From Planctomycetota bacterium (GTDB lineage Bacteria > Planctomycetota > PLA2): DNA of 61,879 nucleotides. Both the position numbers and the translations under genes were made by a program. The notes under the pieces were generated by a model, which worked only from the letters and a program-made list of their open reading frames with translations, was not told the DNA's origin and made no database searches. The DNA lies in assembly GCA_036273915.1 (NCBI GenBank), contig DASUGR010000223.1, positions 1 through 61,879 on the forward strand, in the 5' to 3' direction. The stretch's first letter is position 1; each line of letters starts with the position of its first letter. Positions 26,232-34,892 of this stretch are shown in pieces.

Positions 26232-26253
26232 CCCCCCGCACCCCCCCCGATTC
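26232..26253 (-). repeat. bipartite poly-G element copy (C-strand on +)
   Basis: C6-gca-C8-gattc. Its reverse complement is gaatc-G8-tgc-G6. It is inverted relative to the copy at 26189. Confidence 0.6.
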
Positions 26254-26296
26254 AAGCCGCCGGAGCCCTTGGGTCGATAGGAAGCCGGAGGATTCT

Positions 26297-27952
26297 TTGC
26301 GGAGGGCCACGCTCCTTCTCGCCCTTTTGCTCTGCGCCTGCGGCGACCCGGGCCTCCGCGACCGGTCGCTCATGGGCAAGGTCTCGGACGACCCGCGCGT
26401 CTACGTCCGGCGCGGATCGCGGACCGGCAAGCGGAGCACCGGCGCCCAGACGTCGGTCATCGGGCTCGCGCCCGACCAGCTCGCCCAGTACTACCCCGAC
26501 GACCCGGCCCTCGTCGTGCGGTTCAGGGACATCGACTCCGTCGGGCGCGAGGCGGCCGCGGAGCTCGACCGGGTGCGCAAGGCGCTTCCCGACTTCGCGA
26601 TGCCCCTCGGCGCGCCGGCCGACGTGCTGCGCCGCGTCCTCAAGCTGCCCGACAGCGTGCTCATCGATCCCGTGCGCCCGTTCGCGTTCGTGCGGATGGA
26701 GGCCGGCTGGGCCGCGATCCTGCCCACGCGGAGCCGGGAGAAGGCGCCCGCGCGGCTGCGCCAGCTCGACGCGGTCTACTGCGTGTCGGGCGACCCCGCG
26801 GTCGTGCAGTCGTATCGCGCCGGGTTCCGCAAGGGCTTCTACCTGCCGGGCGACGTCAGCGTGATCGCGACGCCGGACGCGTTCCGGACGCTCCCTTCGG
26901 CGCTCGCGCCCGTGCTGCGCGTGCTCGGCGTCGACGACGCGGCGGTCGAGGGCCTCGCGCTTCCCTGCCCCCCCGACATCGAGCGGCTCGACCTCGCGGT
27001 GCGGCTGCAGGAGGGCGTGCTGCGGTTCGACCTCCGCGCCGCGCCCGACCGCGACAGCCCGGCGGCCGCGTACCTCGAGCGGCTTCGGCCGCGCCCGTCG
27101 GGCGCCGTCCGGTGGCTGCCCTCGCGCGGCACGGCCTACGTCGAGTGCGTGAGCCCGCCGCTCGAGTGGGAGGCGCTCCTCGGCGCGCTCCTCCGGGACG
27201 ACGAGCCGGGCGCCGGCACCGAGCAGCGGGAGCTCTTTTCCGTACGCCGCCTCCTGGCGGCGCTCGGGCACGACGTCGCGCTCGTCCTCCACTTCGTGCC
27301 GCGCGGGGCCGGGAGCGTCCTGCTCGTCGGCGAGACCGACGACCCGGAGGCGACCGCCGCGTTCCTCGCGTCCGCGGACCTGCAGACGCTCCTCGCGGTC
27401 GCCGCGGGCCCGGACGGATCGCTCGCGTGGCAGCCGAACGCGTTCGAGTGCAAGGGCGTGACCGTCGGCATGGTGGAGGGCAACCTCAGCCGGAGCCGGC
27501 TCCTCTCGTGGCGCCACGGCGGCAACCTCCTGCTCTCCACGCTCGCGGTGCTGTCGAGCGGGCCGGTCGTCGCGTACGCGGCGATCGTGGGCGACAAGCT
27601 CTGCGTCGCCATCGGGCCCAAATCCCGCGCGGACATGGAGCTCCTCGTCGAGCACCTGCAACGCGGCACGCCGGTCGACAACGAGCACGCGACCGAGGTG
27701 ACGTCGCTCTTCCCGCAGCGTCTCGCGGCTGTGTCCGGCGATCTCGGTGCGATCTTCGACGGGTGCGTCGAGGCGGCGCCCTACTGGCGCGAGGAGTGGT
27801 CCGGGCTCCGCACCGCCGCGCTCCGCTCCCCCATCCCGGCCTCCGGGGCCGTGACGGTGGAGGGCGGCGCCCTGCGCGTGGCGCTGAACGTCCGGCCGGC
27901 GCTCGTCGCCGAGGCGATCGCGCGGCTGCGCGCCCACCTCGAGACCAAGTAG
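26297..27952 (+). CDS. lipoprotein of unknown function (paralogue family with 27992 and 8505 genes)
   Basis: TTG at 26297, 7 nt after ggagga. Lipobox LLLALLLCAC. Shares the G.V.WLP....AYVE segment with the other two proteins. Confidence 0.6.
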   Translation: MRRATLLLALLLCACGDPGLRDRSLMGKVSDDPRVYVRRGSRTGKRSTGAQTSVIGLAPDQLAQYYPDDPALVVRFRDIDSVGREAAAELDRVRKALPDFAMPLGAPADVLRRVLKLPDSVLIDPVRPFAFVRMEAGWAAILPTRSREKAPARLRQLDAVYCVSGDPAVVQSYRAGFRKGFYLPGDVSVIATPDAFRTLPSALAPVLRVLGVDDAAVEGLALPCPPDIERLDLAVRLQEGVLRFDLRAAPDRDSPAAAYLERLRPRPSGAVRWLPSRGTAYVECVSPPLEWEALLGALLRDDEPGAGTEQRELFSVRRLLAALGHDVALVLHFVPRGAGSVLLVGETDDPEATAAFLASADLQTLLAVAAGPDGSLAWQPNAFECKGVTVGMVEGNLSRSRLLSWRHGGNLLLSTLAVLSSGPVVAYAAIVGDKLCVAIGPKSRADMELLVEHLQRGTPVDNEHATEVTSLFPQRLAAVSGDLGAIFDGCVEAAPYWREEWSGLRTAALRSPIPASGAVTVEGGALRVALNVRPALVAEAIARLRAHLETK

Positions 27953-27991
27953 CGGCCGCCGGAACGCCCGGGGTTGCTATCCTGCTTCCCC

Positions 27992-29407
27992 ATGCGGCCG
28001 TGGTTCCTCGCCTGCCTCCTGGCCGCCTGCGGCGGCGACGCGCGGCCCGCGCCGCCCTCCGCCGGTGGCGCGGAGGACGCGATGGCCGGGTTCGCGCGCT
28101 GGCCGGCCGACACGGTCGTCCTGCTCCGGCTGCCCTCCGCCGCGAGGCTTCAGGCGGCCGGGGAGGGCTTCGCGGGACTCCTCCGCGCCCTCGGCCGCGA
28201 GGCGACCGCCCCCGCGGAGGCCCTCTACGGCATCGCGAGCCCGGACGGCCTCGCCCGGAAAGCCCCCCCCTATGCGGCGCTCACGGCCTCCGGCGGCTGG
28301 ATGCGCGTGCTTCCCGCCTCCGACATGCCGGCGCTCCGGCGGTCCCTCGCCCCCGGCGCCGACGTCGTCGCGCAGGAGACCGACGACCGCCTCGTGCTCT
28401 TCCGCGGGACGCTGCCCGGCAACGCCGTCGAGGCGCCGCTGCCCGGCGGCGACGTCGCGATCCGCGTGCGTCACCACCCGCTGCTCGCGGCGGTCGCGGA
28501 ATCGGGTGACGTCCTCGAGGCCGCCATCGACGTCGGCGGCGCCGGGTTCGACGCGCGCGCGCGGCTCGTCCCCGGCCCCGACTCGCCGACGCGCGACCTG
28601 CTCGCGCGCGCGGTGCCCGGGGAAGGCGGGCTCCTCGACTACCTCCCGCCGACCACGTTCCTGCGGGTGGAGACGACGCTCGAGCCGGTGTTCCTCGCGG
28701 CGGGGATGGCGCGGCGGCTCGCGCGGCACCTGGGCGCCGCCGAGGCAAAGGACAGGACGATCGTCGTGCGCGTGCTGCGCGAGGCGCTCTCCGGCGCGGA
28801 TCCGGCGACGGGCCTCGCGATCGGCGTCGAGGCGCGCGGCGGCGAGGCGTCGGTCGTCGTCATCGCGCGCGACGCCGAGGGCGCGCCCTCCCCCATCCTC
28901 AAAAAGCTCTGCGCCGAGGAGCGCTCCACCTACGGCGCGCTCGTGCTCGACCGCCGCGCGTCGCCCGCGGGCCACGGCTGGTTCGCGTGGGTCGCGCACG
29001 CGGCCCCGGCGCTCGAGGACCTGCCCGAGTGCCTCTGGAGCGCGGTCGACCTGCTCTCGGACGAGGCGAAGGGCCTTCCGGTGGCGTACGCGGCGTTCGA
29101 CGGCTGGTCGGTGGTCGCGTTCGGCCCGCGCGCCGACGCGCTCGCGGTGGCGACGCGGGAGCGGCTCACGGCCGGGTCCTCGCGCACCGCGGGCGCGGAC
29201 GAGCTCCGCCGGCTCCGCGAGAGCCGCGGCGGGGACTACGTGTTCGGCGTCGTCGTCGAGCCGGGCGCCGACCTGCCCGCGGCCGACCTGCGCGCCGCGG
29301 TCGCCTCCCTGGGCGGAATCGAGGGGGCTCCGGGGGCCAAGGCGTTCGCCGCCGCGGGCTTCCGGACGCCCGACGCGCTGGAGTTCCTCGCCCGCGCGTA
29401 CTACTGA
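27992..29407 (+). CDS. lipoprotein of unknown function (paralogue)
   Basis: ATG 27992 gives MRPWFLACLLAACGGD (lipobox). The GEGGLLDYLPPTTFLRVETT segment parallels the neighbouring gene. Confidence 0.6.
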   Translation: MRPWFLACLLAACGGDARPAPPSAGGAEDAMAGFARWPADTVVLLRLPSAARLQAAGEGFAGLLRALGREATAPAEALYGIASPDGLARKAPPYAALTASGGWMRVLPASDMPALRRSLAPGADVVAQETDDRLVLFRGTLPGNAVEAPLPGGDVAIRVRHHPLLAAVAESGDVLEAAIDVGGAGFDARARLVPGPDSPTRDLLARAVPGEGGLLDYLPPTTFLRVETTLEPVFLAAGMARRLARHLGAAEAKDRTIVVRVLREALSGADPATGLAIGVEARGGEASVVVIARDAEGAPSPILKKLCAEERSTYGALVLDRRASPAGHGWFAWVAHAAPALEDLPECLWSAVDLLSDEAKGLPVAYAAFDGWSVVAFGPRADALAVATRERLTAGSSRTAGADELRRLRESRGGDYVFGVVVEPGADLPAADLRAAVASLGGIEGAPGAKAFAAAGFRTPDALEFLARAYY

Positions 29408-29427
29408 CCCTTGGCCGCCGAAGGCGG

Positions 29428-29450
29428 CCCCCCAGCCCCCCCCCGCTTCC
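29428..29450 (-). repeat. bipartite poly-G element copy (C-strand on +)
   Basis: C6-ag-C9-gcttcc. Its reverse complement is ggaagc-G9-ct-G6. It lies in the convergent gap 29408-29472. Confidence 0.6.
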
Positions 29451-29472
29451 GGCTCCGAGGGCGGGCCGAAAA

Positions 29473-30270
29473 CTACTCGACGTCCGACTCGCCCTCGGCC
29501 GGTGGCTCGCGGTCGATCTGCGCGCTCGCGCGGAAGTGCTCGTCGAGCCTGCTGAAGTGCTCGAGGAAGTGGTCCCCGATGCCCAGCGCGCGCGAGAGCA
29601 TCGCGTCGTAGATGAGGTAGAGCGCGAGGAAGCAGTCCTCGAACCGCGGCATGTAGTCGCGCGCGGCGATCGGGAACGGGTAGCGCGGCTCGAACACGGC
29701 GAGCCAGCCCTCGCCCGAGGCGCGCGAGCTCGCGATCATGCCGGAGAGCGAGAGCAGGCGCGACTCGGTCGGCCCGTCCACGCCGAGGCGCACGAAGGTC
29801 AGGATCGCGTCGATCTGGTCCTTATAGGCCTCGTAGACCTGCTGGAGGAGGTCGAGCTCCTCGAGGCGGCCGACGTGGAGCTCGAGGCCGAGCCCCTCGC
29901 GGTCGCAGAAGAACGAGAGGTCGAACTCCGCCACGTGGCGGCCGCGGCCGCTGCTCGAGCGGAGGTGCGGGAACCCGGGGCCCTTCACCTCGTTCGGGCG
30001 GAGCCCGTAGAGGGCGCAGCGCAGCCGCTCGGCGTCGCCCTCGTTCCGCTTGGGATCGCGGAAGAACTTCGAGAACGTGAAGGGGTCGGTCTCGTAGACG
30101 TCCGACACCACCTGGAGGCAGCCGCTGATCAGCGTGCGCAGCTTCGGGTGGATGTGGGTGCGGACGAGGCGGAAGCGGAAGTCGAGATCCTCCTCCGCGA
30201 AGATGTCCTCGTAGTACTCGGGGAATACGACGTCGTCGTATCGCTCACCGTCCGACATGGCTTCGTGCAT
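29473..30270 (-). CDS. cytoplasmic hypothetical protein (possibly DUF1054/YktB-like)
   Basis: 265-aa acidic protein with coding-like composition. The THIHPKLRTLISGCLQVV segment is reminiscent of YktB-type proteins. No search was run. Confidence 0.55.
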   Translation of the reverse strand: MHEAMSDGERYDDVVFPEYYEDIFAEEDLDFRFRLVRTHIHPKLRTLISGCLQVVSDVYETDPFTFSKFFRDPKRNEGDAERLRCALYGLRPNEVKGPGFPHLRSSSGRGRHVAEFDLSFFCDREGLGLELHVGRLEELDLLQQVYEAYKDQIDAILTFVRLGVDGPTESRLLSLSGMIASSRASGEGWLAVFEPRYPFPIAARDYMPRFEDCFLALYLIYDAMLSRALGIGDHFLEHFSRLDEHFRASAQIDREPPAEGESDVE

Positions 30271-30311
30271 TTTAGGGGGGAGGGGGGGCCGCTCCTAGCT
30301 TCGCCGCCGCG

Positions 30312-30962
30312 TCACGGCGGTCCCTCCGGGGCCGACGCGACGTAGCCGCTGATCGCGGCGGGCGTGCCGTCGTCATCGATCCCCACAAGGAATTCGATCG
30401 GTCCGTTCGCGGTCTCGACCGTAACCGGGATGTCCCCGCGGTGCAGGATGCCGCGTTCGTCCGTTGTCAGGGGAAGGAGGACCGCGTCGCCGTCGCGGGG
30501 AAGCGCCCGTCCGTCCGCGAGGACGAGCCGCGCGGGCTCAAGCTCGTCGGGGACGTGGAGGCGGAGGGGCAGGGCGGGGAGGAGGAGGCAGCCGCGCGGG
30601 AGGTCCGCGGTGACCCGCACGCCGAGGGCGTCGAGGAAGACGTAGGCGACGGTCGTCGCGTCGGCGGGCGCGGAGGCGTCGCGCGCCGCGGCGCCGTCGT
30701 ACGGGAAGCGGCACGCGAGCTTGCCCGCCGGGCCTTTCCAGAATGCGGAAACCGCCCGGAGGTCGGGCGAGACGACGATCTCCGAGAGATCGCCGCCGTC
30801 CGCGCGGAGCTCGGGCGGACGGTCGGGATCCGCGCCGCCGAGCCGGCGGAAGCGCACGCGGACGCCTCCGGGCGCGGACGCGGCGGAGACCTCGGGCTCC
30901 GGGCCGCGTGGCGTCGCGCATGACGCGGCGAGCGCGAGGAGGAGCGCGGGCGTCGCGCGCAC
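30312..30962 (-). CDS. putative lipoprotein, unknown function
   Basis: GTG at 30962 gives VRATPALLLALAASCATP (lipobox-like). No clear SD. Only the 3' third of the 494-aa track ORF looks protein-like. Confidence 0.4.
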   Translation of the reverse strand: MRATPALLLALAASCATPRGPEPEVSAASAPGGVRVRFRRLGGADPDRPPELRADGGDLSEIVVSPDLRAVSAFWKGPAGKLACRFPYDGAAARDASAPADATTVAYVFLDALGVRVTADLPRGCLLLPALPLRLHVPDELEPARLVLADGRALPRDGDAVLLPLTTDERGILHRGDIPVTVETANGPIEFLVGIDDDGTPAAISGYVASAPEGPP

Positions 30963-30977
30963 GGCGCAGAGGCTATC

Positions 30978-31211
30978 ATGGCCGACGACCGCGACCCGCA
31001 CCCCGGAGCGTCCATGCGTACTCCCGCCGACCGGCTGCAGCAGATCGAGAACCTCCTCGAGGTGATCGGGCACCTGGAGCTCGAGCCTCAGGCGTCCGTG
31101 CAGCTCGAGGCCGACCTCCTCATGGCCTACTCGCTGGTGCAGATCGAACGGCACCTCGCGGAGATGAAGGAGCGGCACGCCAACCCGCTGGGCTTCCCGC
31201 AGAGACAGTAG
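30978..31211 (+). CDS. small helical ORF upstream of the ECF sigma gene (speculative)
   Basis: 77-aa ORF ending 37 nt before the sigma gene. The sequence ADRLQQIENLLEVIGHLELE...IERHLAEMKERH is helical and heptad-like. No homology recognised. Confidence 0.3.
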   Translation: MADDRDPHPGASMRTPADRLQQIENLLEVIGHLELEPQASVQLEADLLMAYSLVQIERHLAEMKERHANPLGFPQRQ

Positions 31212-31247
31212 AATCGCCGGCGCGGGCGAGGTCCGGGCCCGCGCGGC

Positions 31248-31802
31248 ATGGAAGGCCCGATCACGGAGGTCCTGCGCGAGGTCCAGCGGGGCACGCCCGG
31301 TGCCCGCGAGGAGCTCTTTCGCCTCTGCTACGAGGAACTGCGGCGCCTCGCGAACGCCCAGATGCGGGGGCAGCCCAAGGACCACACCCTTCAGCCCACC
31401 GCGCTCGTCAACGAGGCCTGCCTCCGGCTGCTCGGGGGCAGCGACGAGGTCTTCCGGGACCGCGCCGTGTTCTTCTCGGTGGCGGCGAAGGCGATGCGCT
31501 CGATCCTCGTCGACTGGGCGCGCGCGAAGGGCGCGCGCAAGCGGGGCGGCACGCGCGCGCAGGTGACCTGGCGCGAGGACCACGCGGCGTGGGCGCCCTC
31601 GCCCGAGGAGGTGATCGCGGTCCACGACGCCCTCGAGAAACTCGAGGGGATCGACCCGCACCTTGCCAAGGTCATCGACCTCCGCTTCTTCGCGGGCCTT
31701 TCCGCGGCGGAGGCGGCGCAGGCGATGGAGGTGAGCGAACGCCATCTCTTCTCGCTCTGGGAGCACGCGCGGGCATGGCTCTTCCGGGAGCTCCACCCGT
31801 GA
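31248..31802 (+). CDS. ECF-type RNA polymerase sigma factor (kinase-associated ECF subgroup)
   Basis: ITEVLREVQRGTPGAREELFRLCYEELRRLANAQMRG...TLQPTALVNEACLRLLG is the characteristic N-terminus of the ECF family that pairs with Ser/Thr kinases. Region 4 reads FFAGLSAAEAAQAMEVSERHL. Confidence 0.88.
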   Translation: MEGPITEVLREVQRGTPGAREELFRLCYEELRRLANAQMRGQPKDHTLQPTALVNEACLRLLGGSDEVFRDRAVFFSVAAKAMRSILVDWARAKGARKRGGTRAQVTWREDHAAWAPSPEEVIAVHDALEKLEGIDPHLAKVIDLRFFAGLSAAEAAQAMEVSERHLFSLWEHARAWLFRELHP

Positions 31803-34800
31803 ACGTCGACCGCGTCCGCGAGGTCATGGAGGGGGCGCTCGCGCGCGACACCGACGAGATCCCGGGATTCCTCGACGAGACCTGCGGGCCTGACGCGGAT
31901 CTGCGCCGGGAGGTGGAATCGCTCCTGGATGCGCGCAAGCGCATGGGCCGGTATCTGGAGGTTCCGGCCGCGGCGGCGCTCGTGCACGACACGGAGCTCT
32001 CGCCCGGCGACCGCATCGGCGGCTACGAGATCCTCGGCGTGATCGGGCGCGGCGGCAGCGGCGTCGTGTACGAGGCGCGGCAGAAGAACCCGGACCGCGT
32101 CGTCGCATTGAAGACCGTGCGCCTGCGACGGCCCGGCGCCGAGACGCCGTTCCTCGCGGAGGCCCAGACGCTCGCGCGGCTCAGGCATCCCGGGATCGCG
32201 ACCGTGCACGAGGCGGGCGTGCACGCGGGGATGCCGTGGTTTGCGATGGAGCGCGTCGAGGGCGCCCGCGACCTGGTGCGGCACGCCCGGGATCTCGAGA
32301 TGACCGAGCGGGTGCGGCTCGTGGCCGACGTGGCGGATGCCGTCCATCACGGCCATCAGCGCGGCGTCGTCCACCGCGACCTGAAGCCCGCCAACATCCT
32401 CGTGGACGCGTCTGGCCTCCCGAAGATCATCGACTTCGGGATCGCCCGCGCGCACGGCGAACGCGGCGAGATCACGGGCACGCCGCCGTACATGAGCCCC
32501 GAGCAGTGCGGCGGCGGCGCGGCGGTCGACGTGCGGAGCGATGTCTACGCGCTGGGCGTGATCCTCTTCGAGGTCCTGTCCGGGAGATTGCCGCACGCGG
32601 TCGAGGGGCTGCCGCTCACGGAGGCGATGCGCGTCGTGCGCGAGCGGCCCCCGGACCCCCTCGTCATCCCCTCGCGAAGAGACCTCGCATCGATCGCGGC
32701 GAAGGCGATGCGCAAGGATCCCGACGAGCGGTACGCATCCGCCGCGGAGCTTGCCGCCGACCTCCGCCGGCACCTCGCGCACGAGCCGGTCCTCGCCCAC
32801 CCGTCTTCGATCCTCTACCGCACGCGGAAGTTCGTGCGGCGCCACCGGGCGCTCACGCTCTCGTTCGCGCTCGTCGTCGTCACATCGGTGACCGCGGCCA
32901 TCGTGAGCCTCCGTGAGGCCGCCGCGACCGAGCGCGCGCTCGCGCGGGCGGAGCAGCGCGGCTACGTCGCGGCGATCGCCGCGGCGGACGGCGCGCTGCG
33001 CGGCGGCGACGTCGGCACGGCGAAGGGCGCGCTGCTCGGCGCGCCGGCGCGGCTCCGCGGCTGGGAGTGGAATCTCCTCGCGAGCATGGCCGACATGAGC
33101 CGGGGAGGCGGCAGGGGGCCCGGGGGCGGCGGGATCGGGGTACTCTTCCTGCCCGGCGAGGACCGCGTGCTCGGCGCGTCCGGCTACCCGTACCTCGCCG
33201 GCGGGTTCGTGTGCATCTGGGACGCGGCGAGCGGGCGCGAGCTCTTCCGGACGGAGCCCCTGAAGGGGTTTCCGCCCATGCCGGCCGTGAGCAGCGACGG
33301 CCGCCGGGTGGCCTGGCACAACTGGCGCGAGATCACGCTCGCGGACGAGAAGCTCGCGGTCGTCGCGCGCTTCGGGACGGATCCCTTCGATCTCGTGTTC
33401 CACCCGACGGAGCCATTGCTCCTCGCCACCGCGGGCAAGGCGGTGCTGGGCTTCGCGGTTCCCGAGGGCACGCCCCGTTTCCGGCTCGGGACCGGGGATT
33501 CGAGGGCGACCCGCCTGGCTCTTGACGGCCCCGTGCTCGCGGCGGGCGCCGAGGACGGCACCGTGCGCGTTTGGGACTTCCCCACGAGGGAGCTGCGGTG
33601 GGCCCTCCCGTGCGGCGCGCCGGTGGAAGCGCTCGCGCTCGGCTACGGGCGGGTCGCCGCCTCGGGACAGGACGGGACCGTGAGGTGCTGGAGCCTCGCG
33701 GACGGCGGGGAGCTGTTCTCCGTGCGGCACGGCGACGAGAGATCGAAGGCCCTCGCCTTCGGCCCGGGCGGGACGACGCTCTTCTGCGGACACGACGATG
33801 CGGCGATCGACATCCGCGACGCGCGGACCGGCAAGCGCACGTCGTCGCTCTTCGGGCACTGCGGCCCCATCTACCGCCTCGTGTTCTCGGCGGACGGCCG
33901 GACGCTCCTCTCGTCGGGCGACACCACGTGGAAGCTCTGGGATCTCCCCCCGACCCCGCACGAGGTGGCGCTCGGTACGCACCGGGAGCTCGTCCGGGAT
34001 CTCGTGTTCCGGCCCGACGGCGCGGCCATCGCCTGCGCTTCGTTCGACGGATCCGTGAAGGTCTACGACGTCGGGACGCGGGAACCCCTCGCGGACGTCC
34101 ACCTCATCGACACGACGACGGGGTGCGTGCGCTACAGCCCGGACGGCAGCCGGATCTACGCGGGCGTGGCGGACGGGAGCATCCGCGTGCTGGATGGGCG
34201 GAGCTACGAACCCGTCGGGAGCTGGAAAGCCCACGGGGGCTCCGTCTTCTCCCTCGCCCCGCATCCCGGGGGTCGCTGGCTCGCGTCGACGAGCCAGGAC
34301 ACGACCATGGCCGTCTGGGACCTCTCGACGGGCCGCGAGGTCTTCCGGGAGGCGGGCTCCGTCTGGATCTGGTCGGCCGTGTTCAGTCCCGACGGGAGCC
34401 TCCTCGCGTCGAGCGGAACGGACGGCACGCCGCGGGTGGAGCGCGTGCGGCTCCGCGAGACGGGCTCGTGGCGCATCGTCCGCGACCTCGTGCACCCGGC
34501 GGACGTGATCACGATCGCGTTCAGCCCCGACGGGAGCCTCCTCGCGACGGGCGCGCGCGACGGTGGCGTGCGGCTCTGGGACGTGCGCACGGGCCAATGC
34601 CGCTGCACGATGTCCTGCGTGCCCGCGTACGTGGAGCGCGTCGCGTTCTCGCCGGACGGCACGCGCGTCGCGGTGGCTACGGGGCGGACCGTCCAGATCT
34701 GGGATCCCGCGACCGGCGCGCGCCTGCTCACGCTGCGGGCGGGGATCGTGGATCTCCTGGGCGTCTCGTTCAGCCCCGACGGGACGGTGCTCGCGGCAGG

Positions 34801-34891
34801 CGGCGGTCGGGCGGACGGCACGGGCTGCGGGATCAGCCTGTGGGGCAGGACGGGCGGCGCGCCGTGGCCGCCCGTCCTGCGCGAGGACTGA
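31799..34891 (+). CDS. Ser/Thr protein kinase with one TM segment and a long WD40 repeat array
   Basis: GTG overlaps the sigma stop (GTGA at 31799-31802). Contains GRGGSGVVYEA, VALK, HRDLKPANILV, DFGIA and SPEQ. TM segment ALTLSFALVVVTSVTAAIVSL. Many WD-type repeats follow (VRVWD, VRCWS, WKLWD, VKVYD, MAVWD, VRLWD, VQIWD). Confidence 0.9.
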   Translation: MNVDRVREVMEGALARDTDEIPGFLDETCGPDADLRREVESLLDARKRMGRYLEVPAAAALVHDTELSPGDRIGGYEILGVIGRGGSGVVYEARQKNPDRVVALKTVRLRRPGAETPFLAEAQTLARLRHPGIATVHEAGVHAGMPWFAMERVEGARDLVRHARDLEMTERVRLVADVADAVHHGHQRGVVHRDLKPANILVDASGLPKIIDFGIARAHGERGEITGTPPYMSPEQCGGGAAVDVRSDVYALGVILFEVLSGRLPHAVEGLPLTEAMRVVRERPPDPLVIPSRRDLASIAAKAMRKDPDERYASAAELAADLRRHLAHEPVLAHPSSILYRTRKFVRRHRALTLSFALVVVTSVTAAIVSLREAAATERALARAEQRGYVAAIAAADGALRGGDVGTAKGALLGAPARLRGWEWNLLASMADMSRGGGRGPGGGGIGVLFLPGEDRVLGASGYPYLAGGFVCIWDAASGRELFRTEPLKGFPPMPAVSSDGRRVAWHNWREITLADEKLAVVARFGTDPFDLVFHPTEPLLLATAGKAVLGFAVPEGTPRFRLGTGDSRATRLALDGPVLAAGAEDGTVRVWDFPTRELRWALPCGAPVEALALGYGRVAASGQDGTVRCWSLADGGELFSVRHGDERSKALAFGPGGTTLFCGHDDAAIDIRDARTGKRTSSLFGHCGPIYRLVFSADGRTLLSSGDTTWKLWDLPPTPHEVALGTHRELVRDLVFRPDGAAIACASFDGSVKVYDVGTREPLADVHLIDTTTGCVRYSPDGSRIYAGVADGSIRVLDGRSYEPVGSWKAHGGSVFSLAPHPGGRWLASTSQDTTMAVWDLSTGREVFREAGSVWIWSAVFSPDGSLLASSGTDGTPRVERVRLRETGSWRIVRDLVHPADVITIAFSPDGSLLATGARDGGVRLWDVRTGQCRCTMSCVPAYVERVAFSPDGTRVAVATGRTVQIWDPATGARLLTLRAGIVDLLGVSFSPDGTVLAAGGGRADGTGCGISLWGRTGGAPWPPVLRED

Positions 34892-34892
34892 C

